A stretch of DNA of 64,000 bases from Bacteroidales bacterium UBA6680. GTDB taxonomy: Bacteria; Bacteroidota; Bacteroidia; Bacteroidales; UBA6680. The notes under the pieces are model-generated. The model made no database searches, was not told the origin of the DNA, and saw only the letters and a list, made by a program, of their open reading frames with translations. The translations under genes were made by a program, and so were the position numbers. The DNA lies in assembly GCA_002454955.1 (NCBI GenBank), contig DKJY01000166.1, positions 427 through 64,426 on the forward strand, given 5' to 3'. Position 1 is the stretch's first letter; the number at the start of each line of letters is the position of its first letter. Positions 9,936 to 17,068 of the stretch are shown in pieces.

Positions 9936-11183
9936 TTACTTTAATATAACCCCTAAGTTAGCAATATCCTTAAAAAAATGTGTATATGATTTTGATACAC
10001 ATTCTGCACCATTAATTGTCACGGGGGTTTCTGCAATAAGAGCCAGACAACTTATAGACATAGCAATTCTATGGTCGTTATGTGAATCTGTAACACCACC
10101 TTTAACTATTCCTCCTTTAATGTACATGCTATTGTCAGACACCTTACATTCTATACCTAGTTTGTTTAACTCTGTTATTATAGATTCAGCTCTGTTACTC
10201 TCTTTATGCAATAATCTGTTGATCCCTGTTATTACAGAAGTTCCATTTGCTGCTGCTGCAAGTGCAGCTAATGGAGGAAATAGATCTGGATAATGTGTTG
10301 CATCAAAACAGAAAGCTTTTATCTTGCTCTTTGATACATGTATTGTATCGTTCGATATGTTATAATTAACATTAGCTCTTTTAAGAGCATCTAGTACAGC
10401 AATATCTCCCTGAACAGATTTATTATTTATATTATTAACAATAATATCTCCATTTATTGCAGCCGATACTAATAAAAATGCTATACCACTCCAATCGCAT
10501 TCAATAGAATAATCAGTTGGCTTATATTTCTGATTACCTTTTATAAGAAATTCTTTATAATTGCTGTGTTTTATCTTAATGCCAAAACTCTTAATAACAT
10601 CAAGTGTTATGTCTATGTAAGGAATGCTTTGTAACTTATCTACATATAGTATGCTATCGTTTTTGGCAACAGGTAGAGCCATTAATAAACCTGTAAGAAA
10701 CTGTGAGCTTAAAGATCCGTCTACATTTGTTGTTCCTCCGATCAATGGACCCTTTACAGTTACAGGTATATAGTTGTTATTTGAGAATACTTTTACGCCT
10801 AGTTGTTCAAGAGGTTCTTGAATATTGGGCAGAGGGCGTTTAAGAATTGATCCTTTGCCCGTAATGGATATTGGGCTATTATGTAATGCTGCAATAGGTG
10901 TAAACATTCTTAATGATAGTCCCGATTCGCCGCAGTTTAGAGTATCTGTTACAGGACTAAGCCCACCATTTATAGTTATATCTTTGTTATTAATATCAAT
11001 TATTGCTCCAAGAGCAATTGCCATATCAATAGATCTTAAGGCATCATTACATAAGCATACATTACGGAGTGTCGATTTACCATTTGCTAATAATGCTGCA
11101 GCTACGGCTCTTTGCATATAACTCTTTGATGATGGAGCATTAATTGTTCCAGATATATATGATTTGAATATTGTTTTATTCAT
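9936..11183 (-). CDS. aroA: 3-phosphoshikimate 1-carboxyvinyltransferase (EPSP synthase)
   Basis: PSSKSYMQRA, LHKESNRA, DHRIAMS motifs, 415 aa. Confidence 0.9.
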   Translation of the reverse strand: MNKTIFKSYISGTINAPSSKSYMQRAVAAALLANGKSTLRNVCLCNDALRSIDMAIALGAIIDINNKDITINGGLSPVTDTLNCGESGLSLRMFTPIAALHNSPISITGKGSILKRPLPNIQEPLEQLGVKVFSNNNYIPVTVKGPLIGGTTNVDGSLSSQFLTGLLMALPVAKNDSILYVDKLQSIPYIDITLDVIKSFGIKIKHSNYKEFLIKGNQKYKPTDYSIECDWSGIAFLLVSAAINGDIIVNNINNKSVQGDIAVLDALKRANVNYNISNDTIHVSKSKIKAFCFDATHYPDLFPPLAALAAAANGTSVITGINRLLHKESNRAESIITELNKLGIECKVSDNSMYIKGGIVKGGVTDSHNDHRIAMSISCLALIAETPVTINGAECVSKSYTHFFKDIANLGVILK

Positions 11184-11829
11184 TCTCTACTACTGTTTTG
11201 TTCTTAATTAGACCGTAGATGATATTCATTGTTTTGTATGGTAGTTGTCCTGGAGCACTTTTATGTTTGTTGTCAACTGATGCAAATGTAAATGGTGCTC
11301 CTAATAATAATGATGATACACGAGTAATAACTCCTTTGCTTCCCATGCCAATTACTACAATGTTATCATATTTTGAGTAGAGTCCTAATAGAGCAGCTGC
11401 TTGCTTCGGATTATTTACTTTGGTTGCAATTTTAACAATATCAGCACCTTCTTTAATGCTTTCGGAGATTATATTATCAAGGTCATTGGTTGGAGTATCT
11501 GAATAGTTATGATATGAGATGATAATCTTTACATTATGTTGTTTCGCAATCTGAATGATATAATTTTTATACTCTATACTACTTTCAATCTCTATGTCAA
11601 TATAATCAGCACCATATCTTATAGCTTTTTCAAGAAGAGTTAAGCACTCTTTTTCTGATCTGTTATAGGGTCGACATGTTGCTATTGTTTTGATTTTTGT
11701 TTCAAACAGATTCTTATATTCTCTATCTTGTAGTGTGAGTTTGTCCATTCTGACCTCAATCATTGCTGCCTCTTTTCTAATTTTAAGACATTCGGCAAAT
11801 GACAAATCTATGAGAGATATACAGATCAT
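11176..11829 (-). CDS. aroD: 3-dehydroquinate dehydratase, type I
   Basis: IEVRMDKL and KIIISYHNY type I DHQase motifs. It overlaps aroA by 8 nt and aroB by 4 nt. Confidence 0.8.
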   Translation of the reverse strand: MICISLIDLSFAECLKIRKEAAMIEVRMDKLTLQDREYKNLFETKIKTIATCRPYNRSEKECLTLLEKAIRYGADYIDIEIESSIEYKNYIIQIAKQHNVKIIISYHNYSDTPTNDLDNIISESIKEGADIVKIATKVNNPKQAAALLGLYSKYDNIVVIGMGSKGVITRVSSLLLGAPFTFASVDNKHKSAPGQLPYKTMNIIYGLIKNKTVVENE

Positions 11830-12884
11830 GATTTTATTAATTTTGATACATTGTTTATTATTATCTCAGGCTTAATATCTTTTATTATAGCATTACCAAT
11901 TCTATTTAATAATATAAAATTAATTTTCTCACCTTCTCTTTTCTTATCCATACTAATCTTCTCATGCAATTTATCAGCATTAGCAGATGTGCTGATAGGT
12001 AGATTATAGGATTCAATTAACCTTATACATTTATTTGCATCACTAATTGATAAATAGTTGTTTATAACAGATAAGTTAATAGCCATAACCATACCAATTG
12101 CAATAGCATTGCCGTGCGATATACCTTCAATAACTTCAATGGCATGACCAATAGTATGACCGAAGTTAAGTTTGCGTCTTTCTCCTTGTTCTTTCTCATC
12201 TATATTTACTATAGCACTTTTTATCTTTATAGATTCATATACAAGATGTACTATTGAACTTTTATTTCTATTTAGAATAGTATTCCTATTTTTACCTAGG
12301 TATTCAAATATATCATCAGAAGCTATTAAGGCGTGTTTAATAATCTCTGCCAAACCATTGTTGAATTCATCATCTGAAAGAGTATCTAATGTATATGGAT
12401 CGCAAATTACGAATTCTGGCTGAGAGAATGTTCCTATCATGTTTTTGTACCCCATGAAATTAACACCATTTTTACCGCCTGTACTTGCATCAACTTGCGA
12501 TAACAGAGTTGTGGATACAAAACCAAAATCTAAACCACGCATATAAGTTGTTGCAACATATCCTGTAATATCGCAAACAATACCTCCTCCAAAACCAACA
12601 ATAAACCATGATCTATCGGCATTAATAGTAACTAGCTGGTTGTATATTTTTCTTACTGTGTCAAGAGTTTTATTACTCTCACCAGTTTTAATAACAATAG
12701 TTTTGTAGTTATTTAGAAATTCACGGTATATCTCGAATAGGTTATTATCAGTAATAACTACAATATTCTCTCTGTTTATATATTGGTTGATATTCTTATA
12801 TGATTCTCCAATAAATATTGATGAACTACTTGTACCCTTTATTTCTATTTTTTTCATCAGTTGATATCTGTTTTTAATAAACAT
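11826..12884 (-). CDS. aroB: 3-dehydroquinate synthase
   Basis: GGGIVCDITGY...QVDASTGGKNGVNF and HTIGHAIE metal-binding motifs. Confidence 0.9.
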   Translation of the reverse strand: MFIKNRYQLMKKIEIKGTSSSSIFIGESYKNINQYINRENIVVITDNNLFEIYREFLNNYKTIVIKTGESNKTLDTVRKIYNQLVTINADRSWFIVGFGGGIVCDITGYVATTYMRGLDFGFVSTTLLSQVDASTGGKNGVNFMGYKNMIGTFSQPEFVICDPYTLDTLSDDEFNNGLAEIIKHALIASDDIFEYLGKNRNTILNRNKSSIVHLVYESIKIKSAIVNIDEKEQGERRKLNFGHTIGHAIEVIEGISHGNAIAIGMVMAINLSVINNYLSISDANKCIRLIESYNLPISTSANADKLHEKISMDKKREGEKINFILLNRIGNAIIKDIKPEIIINNVSKLIKS

Positions 12885-13023
12885 TGATGCTTTTTGAGTA
12901 AATGATTATTTTTTTATGTTCATTTAATAAAGCAGTATCTAAACCAAAGGTATTAAAACATAATTTAAAGTATATGTTTTTTGTTAACAAGCTCCAATAA
13001 TATTTGATAAGCCCATAAGCATT

Positions 13024-13063
13024 AATAATAAACCCGGTCTGTTTATTTAGCAAACAGACCGGG
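13024..13063 (-). terminator. Intrinsic terminator after trpB
   Basis: The minus strand reads cccggtctgttt-gctaaat-aaacagaccggg followed by tttattatt. This is a perfect 12-bp stem 19 nt after the trpB stop. Confidence 0.7.
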
Positions 13064-13081
13064 TAAAACAATAATAAACTA

Positions 13082-14263
13082 CTAATTCAACCTATTCAGA
13101 TAGGTTTCAAGATCTTTATCTCCTCTTCCTGATACGTTCACAACAACTGTTTCGTTTTTGTCAAATTTTATCTCGTCAAGAACAGCCAGTGCATGTGATG
13201 ACTCTACAGCAGGAATAATTCCTTCGGTTTTCATTAAATTATCAGCGGCTTTTAATGCTTGATTATCGGTAACTGCAACACAGTTAATTCTCTTACTTTT
13301 ATACAAATGTGCAATAAGTGGACCGATGCCCGGATAATCTAGTCCTGATGATATAGAGTAGGAATCTTTTACATTTCCTTCTTTATCCATTAGAATATAA
13401 CTTCTGCTTGCATGAAGTATACCTATTTCTCCTTTTGATAATGATGCTGCATGTTTATCAGTATCAATTCCCATACCTGCAGCTTCTGCACCATATAAGT
13501 TAACACTATTGTCGTTTATAAAGTGGTAGAACGCTCCTGTAGCATTACTTCCCCCACCTATACATGCAATAATATTATCAGGTGAATCCTTACCGGTTTT
13601 CTCTTTAAACTGTTCTGCAATTTCATAACTTATTATAGACTGAAATTTAGCAACCATGTCTGGATAGGGGTGTGGTCCTACAACAGAACCTAGTATATAG
13701 AATGTATCATCAGAGCTATTTACCCAATCGTTAATGGCTTCGTTACAAGCATCTTTAAGTGTTTGAGAACCTGATATAGCTGCTATAACATTTGCACCTA
13801 ATAATTTCATCCTTCCAACATTAGGAGCTTGTCTTTCAATGTCTTTGGCTCCCATGTGTACAGTACACTCCATTCCAAATCGGGCACACACTGTAGCTGT
13901 TGCAACACCATGTTGCCCTGCTCCTGTTTCTGCAATAATCCTCTTCTTTCCTAATTTTCTTGCAAGAAGAATCTGACCAATTGTATTGTTTATTTTATGG
14001 GCACCTGTATGATTCAGATCCTCTCTTTTGAGAAAAACATTAGTGTTATACTTTTCAGATAATCGTTCTGCATAGTATAGTGGTGTTGGTCTTCCGCAAT
14101 AATCCTGAAGTAGATTTAGGTACTCTTCTTTGAAATCTTTTGAGTCAATAATATCTGAGTAAGAGTCTTTTAGCTCTTGGATATTTTCTTTTAAAATTTC
14201 TGGGATAAATGCACCACCAAATTCACCATAAAAACCATCTTCATTAGGAATAAATTTTACCAT
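13082..14263 (-). CDS. trpB: Tryptophan synthase beta chain (TrpB1-like length, 393 aa)
   Basis: HTGAHKINN PLP-lysine motif, GGGSNA, overall TrpB pattern. Confidence 0.9.
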   Translation of the reverse strand: MVKFIPNEDGFYGEFGGAFIPEILKENIQELKDSYSDIIDSKDFKEEYLNLLQDYCGRPTPLYYAERLSEKYNTNVFLKREDLNHTGAHKINNTIGQILLARKLGKKRIIAETGAGQHGVATATVCARFGMECTVHMGAKDIERQAPNVGRMKLLGANVIAAISGSQTLKDACNEAINDWVNSSDDTFYILGSVVGPHPYPDMVAKFQSIISYEIAEQFKEKTGKDSPDNIIACIGGGSNATGAFYHFINDNSVNLYGAEAAGMGIDTDKHAASLSKGEIGILHASRSYILMDKEGNVKDSYSISSGLDYPGIGPLIAHLYKSKRINCVAVTDNQALKAADNLMKTEGIIPAVESSHALAVLDEIKFDKNETVVVNVSGRGDKDLETYLNRLN

Positions 14264-14325
14264 TGTTTTTTCATTTAATTAGTTAAAAAATAATTGTTTA
14301 TATGTTTGTTTCCGGAAACCATTTT

Positions 14326-14362
14326 AAAAGCAGAGGGCTCATCGTGATTGATGAGCCCTCTG
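14326..14362 (-). terminator. Attenuator terminator 2 (proximal to trpB)
   Basis: The minus strand reads cagagggctcatc-aatcac-gatgagccctctg followed by cttttaaaa. The 13-bp stem lies 27 nt after the stop of leader ORF 2 and about 63 nt before the trpB ATG. Confidence 0.65.
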
Positions 14363-14389
14363 TCTAGAATATTATATACGGGTATCTGA

Positions 14390-14446
14390 TCACGATTTCT
14401 TAACCGGAATAAGCCACCAACGCCAAATATTCATTATTGTATTCAT
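14390..14446 (-). CDS. Putative Trp-rich leader peptide 2: MNTIMNIWRWWLIPVKKS
   Basis: Minus-strand ORF ATG AAT ACA ATA ATG AAT ATT TGG CGT TGG TGG CTT ATT CCG GTT AAG AAA TCG TGA. It has 3 Trp codons within 4 codons. It is below the length cutoff of the supplied ORF track. Confidence 0.6.
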   Translation of the reverse strand: MNTIMNIWRWWLIPVKKS

Positions 14447-14500
14447 ATCTTAATATTCTTCTCTATTTAAGTTAATCTGTTTATCAGCAATATTAAATAT

Positions 14501-14529
14501 AAAAAAACCCGTTGCAATTGCAACGGGCT
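14501..14529 (-). terminator. Attenuator terminator 1 (distal)
   Basis: The minus strand reads cccgttgcaattgcaacggg, a perfect 20-nt palindrome, followed by ttttttt. It lies 42 nt after the stop of leader ORF 1. Confidence 0.7.
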
Positions 14530-14569
14530 TCTGATATCTTAAAAATATACTATGCACAAATCGCTCTTG

Positions 14570-14629
14570 CTATTTTAAATATTCAAGAGTGCGCCACCAA
14601 TATGTATATGTAATATTTTCTATTTTCAT
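14570..14629 (-). CDS. Putative Trp-containing leader peptide 1: MKIENITYTYWWRTLEYLK
   Basis: Minus-strand ORF ATG AAA ATA GAA AAT ATT ACA TAT ACA TAT TGG TGG CGC ACT CTT GAA TAT TTA AAA TAG, with tandem Trp codons. It is below the ORF track cutoff. Confidence 0.55.
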   Translation of the reverse strand: MKIENITYTYWWRTLEYLK

Positions 14630-14655
14630 CTTTCTTTGTGTTCTATGAACCACAA

Positions 14656-14663
14656 CAAATATA
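14656..14663 (-). promoter_or_regulatory. Candidate Bacteroidota -7 promoter element (TAnnTTTG) for the trp leader transcript
   Basis: The minus strand reads TATATTTG, 27 nt upstream of the leader 1 ATG. No convincing -33 TTTG was seen. Confidence 0.3.
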
Positions 14664-14729
14664 TAACTAAATGCAATAAATATGCTACATTTGTTCAGAA
14701 TGATTTGTTAAATTTAAAACACAAACTTA

Positions 14730-15809
14730 TTGAGTACAATATCAGATATAATTAAAAACAGATCAGTAAGAGAGACTTGTGTGAGAAAAGTATCATCTTT
14801 CGTAGATAGATATTTTTCTTACATATTGGTTGTTTTACTATGTGTTGTGTTGTCTGTAAACTTTTATAAACTAAATTGGCAAACAATAATACCAACAGAT
14901 TTTGATGGTAGATACATGGCCAAGAGTTATCTGATTTATGAGTTTAATCATATAATTGCATCATTAGATTTACGAATTATTGGAGCTCTTTTTTATATAT
15001 TGAATATATGGATTTTATATAGAGTTTTTTCACGAAGGGTAGAACGTACACTTATAATGTCATCTTTATTGATAATATCTGTAAATCCTTCAATACTAAT
15101 ATTCTCTATAGCTGATGTATATGGAGCACTTATAATGGTTGAGTTATCAATTCTGGTGTTTCTGTTTCTTAAACTTAGCGATAAAATAATTACACCGTTT
15201 GTTCCTCCCAGAAAGAAAAGAAAATATTGGATACTGTTTACACTCTGTTTTATAGTAGTATTATTGACAAATAGTATTATTGGATGGGTATCATTAATAT
15301 CTCTTACTCTGTATTTACTTGTAAAGAAGCGATGGTTTCAATTAGTATTTAATATACCAATAGCAGTTTTAGGATTATTGATTGAACAGGCTGTCTTTAA
15401 CTTTATACCAGAGATAAAGATTTTTTCTAATGATATATTTGAGATAAGATATATTTATTCCAGCTTATTGCCTTTTGTGAAAACAATACCACAAATGTTT
15501 TCGGTTAATTTCACAGATTCAGCATGGAGTAATACAGTTGTTTTTCTTATTGTATCAATGATGTTTTTATTTGTAGTAGATATTCTGAATAGAAGAAACA
15601 GATCTTTCTTTTTTGTATGGGTATTAATTGTTATTAGTGTATTTGTAATATCAATATCTAGATTATGGATTTTTGTACCACAACGGTTTATGGTGTTTTC
15701 ACCATTTATTGTATTTCTTATACTGGCTCTTACATATAACCTTTTAGGGAGAAAAAAGGCAATTTTTACGTTATTTTATCTTTTGTTCTTTTTGTATCTT
15801 CTTTTCTGA
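14730..15809 (+). CDS. Polytopic inner-membrane protein of unknown function
   Basis: About 10 hydrophobic segments. The listed ORF starts at TTG, and the next in-frame Met would delete the first TM helix. No family was recognised. Confidence 0.5.
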   Translation: MSTISDIIKNRSVRETCVRKVSSFVDRYFSYILVVLLCVVLSVNFYKLNWQTIIPTDFDGRYMAKSYLIYEFNHIIASLDLRIIGALFYILNIWILYRVFSRRVERTLIMSSLLIISVNPSILIFSIADVYGALIMVELSILVFLFLKLSDKIITPFVPPRKKRKYWILFTLCFIVVLLTNSIIGWVSLISLTLYLLVKKRWFQLVFNIPIAVLGLLIEQAVFNFIPEIKIFSNDIFEIRYIYSSLLPFVKTIPQMFSVNFTDSAWSNTVVFLIVSMMFLFVVDILNRRNRSFFFVWVLIVISVFVISISRLWIFVPQRFMVFSPFIVFLILALTYNLLGRKKAIFTLFYLLFFLYLLF

Positions 15810-15901
15810 TATTTATAATCGAACAATAGCTAAAAGTTTTTGTTTGTTGCAGAGTTAATTCTGATATTGTTTTTTTAATCATTTTATAAAACTGATATAT
15901 T

Positions 15902-16486
15902 ATGGGAATAGATATTGTTAATGTACTTTCGGCTTTCATGATACTCTTTGCAGTTATTGATATTACTGGCTCTATACCAATAATATTAGATTTGAAGAAG
16001 AAGAGTGGGCATATTGCAGCATTTAAAGCAACAATTGTAGCTTTTGGAATAATGTTGGCATTTTTGTTTTTAGGAGAACGGCTTTTAGGTGTATTTGGTG
16101 TTGATATTGAATCGTTTGCAATAGCAGGTGCTTTTGTGATGTTTCTTATTGGACTTGAAATGGTTATGGGAGTAGAGTTTTTTAAGTACGATACGCCTGG
16201 TGGTGCATCAATAGTACCAATCGCTTTCCCTCTTATTGCCGGAGCTGGATCTATAACCTCAGTTATATCGTTAAAAGCTGTATACTCAAATCTTGAAATT
16301 ACCAGTGCATTGATTTTGAATATGATTGTTGTGTTTGTTGTACTTAAATCTACACATTTAGTGGAAAAATTGTTGGGTGAAACAGGAATATATATTCTTA
16401 AAAAGATTTTTGGTGTAATTTTGCTAGCTATATCAGTAAAGTTATTCTTAGATAATACAGGAATTGATTTAAAAAATGTCGGTTAA
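15902..16486 (+). CDS. MarC family (UPF0056) membrane protein
   Basis: LSAFMILFAVIDITGSIPIILDL and PIAFPLIAGAGSIT are typical of MarC/NAAT family proteins, 194 aa. Confidence 0.8.
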   Translation: MGIDIVNVLSAFMILFAVIDITGSIPIILDLKKKSGHIAAFKATIVAFGIMLAFLFLGERLLGVFGVDIESFAIAGAFVMFLIGLEMVMGVEFFKYDTPGGASIVPIAFPLIAGAGSITSVISLKAVYSNLEITSALILNMIVVFVVLKSTHLVEKLLGETGIYILKKIFGVILLAISVKLFLDNTGIDLKNVG

Positions 16487-16964
16487 AATAACAGTATACA
16501 CAGACGGAGCAGCACGTGGTAATCCCGGACCAGGAGGATATGGAATAGTATTACTTAGTGGTAAGCACAGAAAAGAACTTTCTGCCGGATTCAGAAAAAC
16601 AACGAATAACAGAATGGAGCTTTTGGCGGTTATTGTTGCGCTTGAACAACTAAAGAAACCAGGTTGTTTTGTAGAGATATTTTCAGATTCTAAATATGTT
16701 GTAGATGCAGTTGATAAGAAGTGGGTTTTTGGATGGGAGAAAAAGAATTTTACCAAAAAGAAGAATCCTGATTTATGGATACGGTTTCTGAAAATATATA
16801 GACAACATATAGTTAAATTTCATTGGGTTAAAGGACATGCGGATAATCCATTGAACAACAGATGTGATGAATTGGCGGTTGAAGCAGCATTAAAATCAGA
16901 TCTTCCTGCTGATGTTAATTATGAGAAGGAATGTTCGAAATCGGACGATGGGAGTCTGTTTTAG
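16476..16964 (+). CDS. rnhA: Ribonuclease HI
   Basis: VYTDGAARGNPGPGGYG, TNNRMEL, SDSKYV, VKGHADNPLNNRCDELA. It overlaps the marC-like gene by 11 nt. Confidence 0.9.
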   Translation: MSVKITVYTDGAARGNPGPGGYGIVLLSGKHRKELSAGFRKTTNNRMELLAVIVALEQLKKPGCFVEIFSDSKYVVDAVDKKWVFGWEKKNFTKKKNPDLWIRFLKIYRQHIVKFHWVKGHADNPLNNRCDELAVEAALKSDLPADVNYEKECSKSDDGSLF

Positions 16965-17068
16965 TACGTTTTTCTTCGTAGTTGCATTTTGTTATGTTTT
17001 TGATTTGTTGATTGTTATATGTATCGGTACTATTATTGTTTAGTTTTCCGCGAACCAAACATAACAGT

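Noticed and set aside
12874..13071. 65-aa ORF in the trpB-aroB intergenic region.
   Set aside because: It spans the trpB terminator hairpin and the likely aroB promoter, has no motif, and has the composition of AT-rich non-coding DNA.
14309..14320. Perfect 12-bp palindrome GTTTCCGGAAAC between attenuator terminator 2 and the trpB start. I considered it as a repressor operator.
   Set aside because: It is too short and isolated to interpret without comparative data. It may simply be part of the 5-prime UTR structure.
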